NCBI GenBank assembly: GCA_965112735.1
Contig: OZ218954.1
Span: forward strand, 992,001-1,056,000
Direction of reading: 5' to 3'
DNA: 64,000 nt
Origin: Phaeosaccion multiseriatum
Lineage: Eukaryota > Protista > Ochrophyta, other classes
Under the pieces are notes generated by a model. The model was not told where the DNA came from. It saw nothing but the letters and a program-made list of their open reading frames with translations, and did no database searches. Positions within the stretch are counted from its first letter, which is position 1. The number at the start of each line of letters is the position of its first letter. The translations under genes and the position numbers were made by a program. This document shows, piece after piece, positions 48,997 to 60,534 of this stretch.

Positions 48997-50296
48997 CGGT
49001 CAGTCATCAGTCTCCACCGCCATGGCAACCAACGAATCCGCATACCGTAAGCACCGTGCTGTGCCAAGGGTCGACCACACCCGCACCCACACATCCTGTC
49101 CTGACGCCCACACCCACACCCACGCACACACCCACACCCACATCCACACCCACACATCACGCACACACCCACATCCACACACACACTCACACCCACAGAT
49201 CACGCACACACACCCACACACCCTGTCCTGACACCCATCAACACACCTTCCTTGCTGTACACATGAGCTTCTTTCCCCTGAGCCCGCTCTCATTCCACAC
49301 CCGCACTTGCCGCTGCACTTCTTCCACACGGGAATCGTGTAGCTTGGGGGCCACCTGATGGCGGTGGGGGAGGGAGGGAGGGAGGACTAGTGAGTGCGTG
49401 CGTGAGTGAGCCTTCCTTCCTTGCTGAGTACGACCTCATCTCCTCCTCCTCCTCCTCCTCCTCCTCCTCCTCCTCCTCCTCCTCCTCCTCCTCCTCCTCG
49501 GTAGCTGTGTACCTGAAAGCGCCTGTGGTACCAATCTCTCCACTCAAAGTACGTCTCGATCATGAAGGAGAGAGGCAGCACGACAGACACGATGACAATG
49601 CCTCTGTACTCGGTCATGAATTCCATTAGCTTCTTGGCGAACCAGCCCTCCTCGGCATCATTCGCCAGCTGTGCGTAAGGGGTGGTGGTGGTGGTGGTGG
49701 TGGTGGTGGAGGAGGAGGAGGAGGAGGAGGAGCCGGCGGGGGGGGGGTCATCAGCAACGCTTAGGTACGAGAAGGAGACGATAAGCCTGCTGGCAAGTTT
49801 CCATCAATGCGAACCAACGAATGGGTGTGTGCAGCTTCCTCCCTTCCCGTCCCTCTTTCCCTATCTGCCCCCCCGCCCCCCTTCTCTCTCTCCCTCTCCC
49901 CCCCCCTCTTTCCCCTCTTCCCTACCCCCCCCCCCCCCCCCCCCCGCCGCTTCCCTCCCTCCCATCATGGCCTCACTCAGCGAGGTAAGGAGGAGTGAGT
50001 GGTGGGGATCGGGTCCGTCCTTCTACTACCATCCACTGCCATCCCTCTCTACCTCTCTCACTCACTCACTCACCCTCCTCTGGACTCGTAGGGGCGCCGT
50101 TGCGAATGTCACGAAGGCCATGATGAACAAGGCCACACCCGTATACAGGGTGGTAGTGACGGGCTCCTCCTAGGTGGGCACAGCCACAGAGAGGGAGGGG
50201 AGAGGTGCAGAGAAATGGAGAGGGAAAATGTGTGGAGGGAGGAGGTACCAGAGATTGAGGAAGGGGTGAGGAGGGAGAGACGTGGGAGTGGGAGCG

Positions 50297-50358
<62 letters not shown>

Positions 50359-51033
50359 CGTCAGAGAGGACGCCAGACGGAGAGGAAAGGGGTTTTAACA
50401 CACCACGAAGAGCGTTCCACAGGGAGGCCAGCATAAAACAAAGAATGCAGCAGAGGGCGAGGAGAGAGGCACAAGGCATGGGTGAAAGGCATAGCGGAGT
50501 CAGGCTGCTCAGTTGACAAAAGAGACACACCAAAATAAAAAGAGAGAGAGAAAGATGAGAGAGGAAATGCGAGTGAGCAATTATTTCTCCGCGGAGACCG
50601 TGTGTGCCAGCCACATGGATGCAACAACATGGAAACAAGAATACAGGAGAGGAAAGGAGGAGATACACACGGCGCGGCGAGCGAGTGGCACAGCGGAGAA
50701 GGCTGCCAACCAAGAGAAAAAAAAAGGCTCGAAAGTCCCGAATCTCAGCGTCAAACACCAGTCGTAACGCCAGCGTTGCTTTGCTTCGCACCGGCACACC
50801 CAGCAACAGTAGGACACGCACGACATACTCAGGCGGAGCAGAGGTCTTGTCACCCGCCCCCCAATTTTCAAGGCTCACTGGTCACTGGCGAGGCACGGCG
50901 TGAGACAGTATCCACGCGCGAACCGTCGTATCATATTTTGTTTCATCCTCACCTTCACCGTCCCCGCCACAGACATGAACTGATCCATCACCATTGACGC
51001 CACCGCCAGTACGACATTTTTCACTTCCTCCAT
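42919..51033 (-). CDS. DHCR24: Delta24-sterol reductase (DHCR24/DIMINUTO-DWF1 family FAD oxidoreductase)
   Basis: Motifs [105 protein letters not shown] and [11 protein letters not shown]. The first exon, 51033-50953, is inferred. Confidence 0.93.
43125..43440. repeat. ~45-50 bp tandem repeat (GGATGGGTTGTGATGAAGTGATCGAGTGAGTG...), ~6 copies, in the last DHCR24 intron
   Basis: Directly visible. Confidence 0.9.
45665..45985. repeat. Intronic minisatellite CTGTCCTGACACCCACCC ending in CCCATTGACTTAC
   Basis: Tandem array that begins at a DHCR24 splice donor. Confidence 0.95.
47038..47338. repeat. Intronic minisatellite GGTGTCAGGACAGAGGGTGG
   Basis: Tandem array in the 3' half of a DHCR24 intron. 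Confidence 0.95.
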
Positions 51034-51352
51034 CGGGAGAGATGAGCTTGTGTCCTCCTTGCAGTTTACTCCGTATGGTGGGGCCGTAGAATGAGGTAGG
51101 TAAATAATTTGCCCACAGGACCCCAGATGATTACGTAAGTTCCTGAACGTTACAGGTGGGGATGGGGCCCGGCTAAGCCGACACTCACAAAGAAGGGGGA
51201 TACATGAGCGATGCAGCTCTCCAAGAGGAAGAAGCATGTAGGATCGACTTGGCTAGGAGCGCTCGTCCTTGAATAACCACACACAGGAGGGAAGTGTCGA
51301 ATAAGGCAAGAGCATAGAAGGAGGAAGGGAGGGAAGAGGAGAAGGGAGCAGC

Positions 51353-53168
51353 ATGGCGACGGCGGCTGTACGCAGCGGCTACCTTCGCTCCAACCAAGAA
51401 GAGGATGATGACGCCAGTCTCGGCGGCAGCGGCGGCCGGCGGAGCTCCCCAGGCCTCGTCCCTCGTAATATGAGTGGGCTGTACAGTGCGACGGGGGGAG
51501 GCGGAGAGGGAGGGGCCATGACGATGGAGCTTGCAACGGCAGCGCGGCTGGGGAAAGGAGCGCCTGGCATCACCGTCTACCCTACTGAGGTGGTGTTTGA
51601 CGATGTCAGGCCGGGTCTGCTCTTCGTGCTGACCTTTGCCGTCCAAAACACCAGCAAGGAGATGAGGAGGGTTCGGGTGGTGCCGCCATCGGGAGGGGCT
51701 TTCACTATCAACTACTCCCCGACTGGAGGCATTGCCCCCGGACTGGATACGAGGGGAGAGGTTGAGTTCAAGACGCCCTTGCATCTGGACGACTCGGTAA
51801 GGGGGTTGTGTGTGTGAGGTGTAGGCCTCGGGATGGACTGGGGTTGGACTGGGGGTAGACTGGGGTGGTCGCGTCTGCGGCATCAACCTGCAGCGCGAAG
51901 GAGGGCAAAGGAGGAAGCGCGGAAGTAGCGCGCCTTCCCGTAGAGGGACGGGGGGGGGCGGTCTTAGAGGTCGCATATCGTCGGCATAGGGGGTGAGGTG
52001 TCAGAGGTCAGGGGGTTAGGCTCAGGCTCAGGTTCGGAGTCAGGAGCTACAAGACTTCTTCCTCTCTCCCCTCCCTCACCTTAACCTACCAACCTCTCTT
52101 CTTTCCTCCCCCATCTCCACCTCCTTCATCCCTCCTTTATCCTTCGTTAATAACGTTAACCCCTCTGTTAACGACAGGCCCGAGCCGGACCCCTCCGCCC
52201 GGGGGAGGTAGTTGAGTACCGTGACAAGTTCGTGGTCATCAGTGGTAAGGACAGAGTGGAGGTTCCTGTCATAGCCCGGCGCCCTAGACCTGAGGTCACT
52301 TTCACGGACTTTGTGAACTTTGGACCTGTTGCCGACACTGGAGCCAAGGTGGGTGGGTGGGTGGGTGGGAGGGAGGGAGGGAAGGAGGAGGGAGGGAGAG
52401 AGGGAAGGGAGGGAGGGAGGGGGGTGGGAGGCGAGGGAGGGAAGACAGCAGAGCAGCGGAGAACAAAAGGAGAGCAGAGGAGAAAGACTGCATTAACTGA
52501 CAAAGAAGAACAAGGAAGGACTTACATTTGCCAGTGTACCACACGCCCAACTCCTTTTCGCCAACCCGCTCCCAACCGTTCAACCAACCAACCAACCTAC
52601 CTACCTACCTACCTACCTACCTACCTACCTACCAACCAACCAACCGACCAACCGACCAACCAACCAACCAACCAACCAACCAACCAACCAACCAACCAAC
52701 CTACCTACCTACCTACCTACCTACCAACCAACCTACCAACCAAAAAACCAACCAACCAACCAACCAACCAAACAACCAACCAACCAACCAACCAACCTAC
52801 CTATCAACCAACCTACCAAACTGCCAACATACCTACCAACGAAGGTGGGGAAGACACTATCTCTGTCTAACGTGGGCAGCAGACCGGCGAAGTGGCGCAT
52901 TAGCTGGAGCGGAGACATGCCCCTCACCTTCCGACCCAAGGAGGGCGTGCTGAGTAAGGGAAGGTCGTATATGGATCAGTCGGACCTCGACGAAGAGATT
53001 CGCAGAAGGGTCTCCCCGCCGGATGGTACTGCCGCAGCAGTTGGTGATACGGCAGCAGCAGCAGCAGGTGCTTCTGCTGGTAGTGGCGCTGTACCGACCA
53101 CCGCCGATGCCGCGGCAGGAACAGGAGCAGCAGGAGCTGGTGCCGTATCACCAACTGCAGTGGGTGAT

Positions 53169-53203
<35 letters not shown>

Positions 53204-54824
53204 TGCCGGAGGAGCAAGCAGCAACACGGCCTCTGTAGAGGTGGAGTTCGATCCCGGGAGGTGGGACCCGGCACAGCCGTTTCGTACGTTAGCGACGTTG
53301 CACGTGGATGGTTTGCCGGACGAAGTCATTGATGTTTCCGCAGCTGTCATGGCGCAGAAGCTCAGTCTGGAGTGGGGGCAGGGGGACAGAGATGGGAGTG
53401 GAGGGGTGGGCGGGAACGGGTTGGTGATGATGACGGATGGCAGTAGAGGGGCAGGACCGGTGCGAGAGCTCGACTTTCATACTGTGCACTATGGAGCCAC
53501 GGTGAGTGGGTGGGGGCATGGCAGTGGGATGGAATCTGCTTAATGAAGTCAACCCCAAGTGTGTATTTTAAAGTGTGAGCGTTACAGAGCGTTACAGAAT
53601 AGTGTGTTGCATGTAGGAGGGAATGGATGGGGGGGGGTAGAGGGCTCCTCGAGGGTGCTGCTGCTTCTGCCCGCGGCTACTGCCCTTGACACAGACAATA
53701 TCGCTTTTCACACACCCCTTCTCCTCTCTCCCCTCCTTCCTCCCTTTCTGTTTGCCTCCTGCCCACCCCCCTCCCTCTCTCTCTCTCTTAGGGTGAGCTC
53801 TCTGCGACGCTGTTCAACGACGGTCCTAATCCGGCCTCCTTCGTCGTTAACCTGGACATGAAGGACAGCGGACAGCAACAGCAGTTGGTGACTCAGCAAC
53901 AGAAGGGAGGAGGAGGGGGAGGAGGAGGAGGAGGAGGAGGAGGAGGAGGAGGAGAAGGAGGAGGAGGAGGAGAAGGAGGAGGAGGAGGAGGAGGAGGAGG
54001 AGCTATGGCCCCTCGAGGTAGCCTCTCGAGGATTGGTGATATTGGGGGCGTCGCCAGGCCCTTCCTAGTGAGCCCCTCTGACGGTACCATCCCCCCGAAT
54101 GGGAAGCAGCGCATCAGTTTCGTCTTCCAGCCCAAGTACCAGGTGAATGAAGGAAGGACAACTGGAACTTTATTGACCCTGACCCTGACCCTGACCCTGA
54201 CCCTGACTCTGACCCTCTCCCCCCTTCCCTCCCTCCCTCCCTCCCTCCCTCCCTCCCTCCCTCCCTCCCTCCCTCCCTCCCTCCCTCCCTCCCTCCCTCC
54301 CTCCCTCCCTCCCTCCCTCCCTCCCTCCCTCCCTCCCTCCCTCCCTCCCTCCCTCCCTCCCTCCCTCCCTCCCTCCCTCCCTCCCTCCCTCCCTCCCTCC
54401 CTCCCTCCCTCCCTCCCTCCCTCCCTCCGCCTCCCAGGAGCGAAGCATCGGGTTCAAGTCCTCCGGCGCCGATCGGCACACCAGCGGGGCCCTCACACAC
54501 GTCAGCGCCACTGTGGGCATTGAGAGTGCCGAGAGCAAGGATGACGTCATTAAGTTGAACAGTACCGGCACAGGCGCCATGCCCACTGTCGAAGTCTCGC
54601 AGCAGGTACGTAATGTTACGTAATACGAATGTGTGGGATAAAGAGTTTGGATCGATTTCTGACCTTGTGGTTGGTTGGTTGATATCGGATGATTTCCCGT
54701 TTCGTGATCTTTTCATTCTCCTATACCAGTTGGACTCGATAATCGAGGCTTCTGGTTAACGTCGGCAACTGAACTGATCTGGTACCGTAAACTGTAACCG
54801 AACTGAAACTCATACTTTCAACAC

Positions 54825-54873
<49 letters not shown>

Positions 54874-57430
54874 TACGCTTTGGCGAGTGCTCGTGCTTCG
54901 AACGGAAGGACATCCTGGTAACGCTCAAGAACACGGGGCAGTTACCCGTACGCTTCCGGCTGCCCAAAGTACCCAACTTTGCCGCCCGTCCACCCCGGGG
55001 CATCCTCCAGCCATCTGTGACTCAGACAGTGGTGCTAAGCTTCTGCCCCACTCAGCTCGGAGACCTCAAGCAGCAGGTGCGTGGGTACGTGGGTTGGTGT
55101 CAGGACAGAGGGTGGGTGGGTGTCAGGACAGAGGGTGGGTGGGTGTCAGGACAATCGCTGTTCCTGGCGTCAGCGCCTCGCTGTCGGATTGCTTTTGACA
55201 CCCCCACCCCCCCCCCAACACCACTCTAATCCACACTCTCGTCCCTCACTCTCTCTCCCCCACCGCGCCCCTCCTTCGCCCTCCTCTCACCTCCTCTCAC
55301 CAAGATGCTTCTCATCGTCGATGACATGAGTGCCTTTCGGTGTGCCGGACCGAAAGAGAGCGAGCCATTCCCTGGTGAGTGAATGTGTACGAGTCGTGCT
55401 AGCGTAGGGTGCCATCTACACATACACTCATATACACGCATGTCAATACATCTGTGTATACTCACACCCCTCCCTCCTCCTCCTCCTCCTCCTCCTCCTC
55501 CTCCTCCTCCTCCTCCTCCTCCTCCTCCTCCTCCTCCTCCTCCTCCTCCTCCTCCTCCTCCTCCTCCTCCTCCTCCTCCTCCCCCTCCGCCCCAGCCTCC
55601 CACATTGTACCTTTACGTATGATGGGTATGTGCAGCGCCGTCGGAGAGAGGCCTCCCATCCCGGGGGGGCTTACCGCTCTCCCGGAGGACTTTAAACCCG
55701 CGTTCTCCTTCATCAAGTCCCTCCCTGCCTCCGACATGAAGGTAACCGACACACACATGAAACGCTTTGCTATTTCTGAAACAGAAATTTACATGCACAA
55801 TCTTCCTAGACTCTTATCATACTCGCTGTCTCGCTGGCTGGCTGGGTGTGTTGAGGGTGTGTACCTGTGTATATATGTGCGCAGGGCTGACCTCCCTCCC
55901 TCCCTCCCTCCCTCCCTCCCTCCCTCCCTCCCTCCCTCCCTCCCTCCCTCCCTCCCTCCCTCCCTCCCTCCCTCCCTCCCTCCCTCCCTCCCTCCCTCCC
56001 TCCCTCCCTCCCTCCCTCCCTCCCTCCCTCCCTCCCTCCCTCCCTCCCTCCCTCCCTCCCTCCCTCCCTCCCTCCCTCCCTCCCTCCCTCCCTCCCTCCC
56101 TCCCTCCCTCCCTCCCTCCCTCCCTCCCTCCCTCCCTCCCTCCCTCCCTCCCTCCCTCCCTCCCTCCCTCCCTCCCTCCCTCCCTCCCTCCCTCCCTCCC
56201 TCCCTCCCTCCCTCCCTCCCTCCCTCCCTCCCTCCCTCCCTCCCTCCCTCCCTCCCTCCCTCCCTCCCTCCCTCCCTCCCTCCCTCCCTCCCTCCCTCCC
56301 TCCCTCCCTCCCTCCCTCCCTCCCTCCCTCCCTCCCTCCCTCCCTCCCTCCCTCCCTCCCTCCCTCCCTCCCTCCCTCCCTCCCTCCCTCCCTCCCTCCC
56401 TCCCTCCCTCCCTCCCTCCCTCCCTCCCTCCCTCCCTCCCTCCCTCCCTCCCTCCCTCCCTCCCTCCCTCCCTCCCTCCCTCCCTCCCTCCCTCCCTCCC
56501 TCCCTCCCTCCCTCCCTCCCTCCCTCCCTCCCTCCCTCCCTCCCTCCCTCCCTCCCTCCCTCCCTCCCTCCCTCCCTCCCTCCCTCCCTCCCTCCCTCCC
56601 TCCCTCCCTCCCTCCCTTCCTCCCTCCCTCCCTCCCTCCCTCCCTCCCTCCCTCCCTCCCTCCCTCCCTCCCTCCCTCCCTCCCTTTCTCCCTCCCTCCC
56701 TCCCTCCCTCCCTCCCTCCCTCCCTCCCTTCCGTTCTTCCCCCCACCCCTTCCCCACAGGCCCTAAAGAGTGCGAAGCCCGAGTGGAAGCGCCCCAAGCC
56801 GTACGAAACCGTCGACCTCGCCACCTCCATGTCATGGGATGAAACTCTCATGCGGAGCACCAAGACGAGCAGCACCCTCGACGCCGACGCCGCCAACCTG
56901 TTGCTCGCGTCGGGACAGCACCACTCGGGGGGGAGATCCGTCACTGTTGACCCAAAGTAAGTGCTCATCACTTTCTGCAGCTGCATCAGTTTCATCGGTT
57001 TCTTCAGTTTCAATCAGTCTCGTCAATTTCATCTTCGTGTTCCACCCCAGAGGAAGTTGCTTTGCCGCTCAACCTCAATCCTCCCTCCATCTCCCCTCCC
57101 TTCCCGTCTCCCCTCCCCCCTCCCCTGACGCCACCCCTTCTCCTTCCCCTCCTCCTCCTCCTCCTCCTCCTCCTCCTCCTCCTCCTCCTCCTCCTCCTCC
57201 TCCTCCTCCTCCTCCTCCTCCTCCTCCTCCTCCTCCTCCTCCTCCTCCTCCTCCTCCTCCTCCTCCTCCTCCTCCTCCTCCTCCTCCTCCTCCTCCTCCT
57301 CCTCCTCCTCCTCCTCCTCCTCCTCCTCCTCCTCCTCCTCCTCCTCCTCCTCCTCCTCCTCCTCCTCCTCCTCCTCCTCCTCCTCCTCCTCCTCCTCCTC
57401 CTCCTCCTCCTCCTCCTCCTCCTCCTCCTC

Positions 57431-57463
<33 letters not shown>

Positions 57464-58826
57464 TACAGATTCGAGAAGCTGACGTACAGCAAGCAGGAGC
57501 AGGCACGGAGAGACATTCACAAGCAAGTGGAGTACAACGACTGGCTCACCGCACAGGTACGTTTGTTGACTTAGTGGGGTTTTCTTGACTTACTGTATGT
57601 TTGCTGACTTGTTGGATGTCTGTTGACTTACTGAGTACAATGACCGGCTCACCGCACAGGCACGCTTGTTGACTTATGGTTATTCGTTTGTGAGTTTTGT
57701 GTGTGTGTGCGTGTGTGTGTGTGCGTGTGCGTGTGCGTGTGTGCATGTGCCACACAAGAAGGATATGGTTCGACTTTATGAAGCTTACATGCTCTCTCTC
57801 CCTCTCTCTCTCCCTCTCTCTCTCCCTCTCCCTATCGCTCTCCCTTCTCTCCCTCTCTCCCTCCTCCTCCTCCTCCTCCTCCTCCTCCTCCCCCCTCTCC
57901 TCTCCTTCTCCCGCCCACAACCTAAAACTCACACTACCCCACCCATCCACAAAAAACTGAAACTCCAATCCTCGTGTCTTTCCTCAGCGAGTGGAGCGAG
58001 AGCGGCGCCGCACGGAAAAGAAACTCACGGAACAAATGTGCAAGACGGGCAAAGACTGGAGAGACCCCGAGGGGGGAGTCGACATCGGCATGCAGAGGGG
58101 ATTAGAGGTAGGGGAGAGATTGATGGCAATGGATGGGGGAGGCAGGAGGGGATGGCACTGGATGGGAAGGGACTGTGTGGAGCTCCCCCGGGGGGTGGGG
58201 GGAGGGGAGGGGGGAGGCATGCAGAGGGGCTTCAAACGACACAAGCAGTCACTCAACCACCACCCCCCAATCTGAAGTTGACACCGGCCCACCCTACCAC
58301 ACGCACGCACACACATCCACACACGCACTCACACACACTCACTCACTCACTCACTCACTCACTCACTCACTCACTCTCCCACTCACTCACTCACTCACTC
58401 ACTCACTCACTCACTCACTCACTCACTCACTCACTCACTCACTCACTCACTCACTCACTCACTCACTCACTCACTCACTCACTCACTCACTCACTCACAC
58501 ACGCGCACGCACACACACACACATACATACACATGTTGGTGATACACACACAGGAGGAGGCCCCTGTGCCTGCCCTCCCCGTGGCCACAGAAGGAATCTT
58601 CATGCACAAGCCCCCATCCGATGTGGAGGGGGGAGGCTCGGCGGGGGGCGGTAAGGACCTTCGAGTAGACATGACAAAGCTTGTGACCAAAAAGTACAAG
58701 GCCAATCCTTCTACGCAAGGTGAGGGAGGGAGTGCGAACCCTGTCACACGCACACACACACACAAAAACACACACACGCGCACACACAAAACACACACAC
58801 ACACACACACAAAACACACACACACG

Positions 58827-58865
<39 letters not shown>

Positions 58866-58923
58866 GCACACACACAAGACACACACACACACACACACGC
58901 ACGCACACAAGAACACACACACA

Positions 58924-58962
<39 letters not shown>

Positions 58963-59901
58963 ACATAACACAACGCATACATGTCACACGCACAGACACA
59001 AACGCACAGACACACACACACACACTACACACACATACGCACACACATCCACCCACCCCGTGTCCTGACACCCACCCACCTATTGACTTACTACCCACCC
59101 ACCCATTGACGTACTCCCCCGTTCAGCCGAGGTCAGGGACTGCATCCAGGAGCTGACGAGAGATCAGCTCGCAAAGGTCGAAACGCACTTTCGCACCATG
59201 GACTTTGGAAAGGTCAGTTGCTGGCACCTTCGGTACACTTTGAGTTTGAGTTTGAGTTTGAGTTTGAGTTTGTGGGATTTTCCAGCACTTTGTTTGAGTT
59301 TGAGTTTTGGTATTTCTCACGGCCAGCCTATCATTGTCCATCAAGACAGAGACACCCACCCACCCACCCACCCTGTGTCCTGACACCCACCCACCAACCC
59401 TCTGTCCTGACACCCACCCACCCACCCATCCTCTGTCCTGACACCCACCCACCAACCCTCTGTCCTGACACCCACCCACCCACCCATCCTCTGTCCTGAC
59501 ACCCACCCACCAACCCTCTGTCCTGACACCCATCCACCCACCCTCTGTCCTGACACCCACCCACCCACCCACTCTCTGTCCTGACACCCATCCACCCACC
59601 CTCTGTCCTGACACCCACCCACCCACCCTCTGTCCTGACACCACCCACCCAACCTCCGTCCTGACACCCACCCACCCCTCTGTCCTGACACCCACCCACC
59701 CACCCCCTGTCCTGACACCCATCCACCCATCCCACATACAGGTCACAGTTGGCTCCGACAATATGCGTAACTTCGCAGTGACGAACGGACTCAATCAGTC
59801 CGTGGTGGTGGAGATTGGGGGACACGGCGTACCAGAGCTTCAACATCCGCCCTCCAGCAGCAGCAATGGGGGAGGAAGGGAAGGGAGGTACAGACAGGTG
59901 A

Positions 59902-59939
<38 letters not shown>

Positions 59940-60437
59940 CAGGACAGCGGGTGGGTAAGTGTCAGGACAGAGGGTGGGTGGGTGTCAGGGCAGGGGGTGA
60001 GTGGGTGGGTTTCGGGACAGAGGGTGGGTGGGTGTCAGGACAGAGGGTGGGTGGGTGGTGTAGATTTGTTGTGGTGCTGATCGACCTGTGGCTCGAGCTT
60101 ACATGGTACTAACCACCCCCCACTGCCATCCATCCACTGCCATCCATCCACTGCCATTCATGTACTGCCATCCCCCCTCTTCCAGGTCATCCCGGGGGGT
60201 TGCACGGCGGGCTTTGACATCCCTTTCAAGTGCGCTACAGAGCAGCGTTTCAAAAAGACTCTCACCGCCACCATCAATGGACACACCGCACAGGTCAGTC
60301 AACATAAGTGTCAGGCAGCCAGTAAGTCAGCGAGTCAGTCAGTCAGTCAGTCAGCCAGCCAGCCAGTAATTCAGTCAGTCAGCTCAGCCAGTCCGTCAGT
60401 CAATCAATCAGGAAGGAATGAAGAGAGTCAGAAAAAC

Positions 60438-60534
<97 letters not shown>

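Noticed and set aside
49967-49990. Plus-strand ATGGCCTCACTCAGCGAG|GTAAGG resembling a first exon antisense to DHCR24
   Set aside because: No downstream coding exon could be linked to it. It lies inside a minus-strand intron and is likely chance.
55409-57588. Long ORFs of PPSL/GGRE/poly-P/poly-L repeats (also TH/CV, QTDR and CQDRG ORFs elsewhere)
   Set aside because: They are stop-free translations of intronic microsatellites and minisatellites, not genes.
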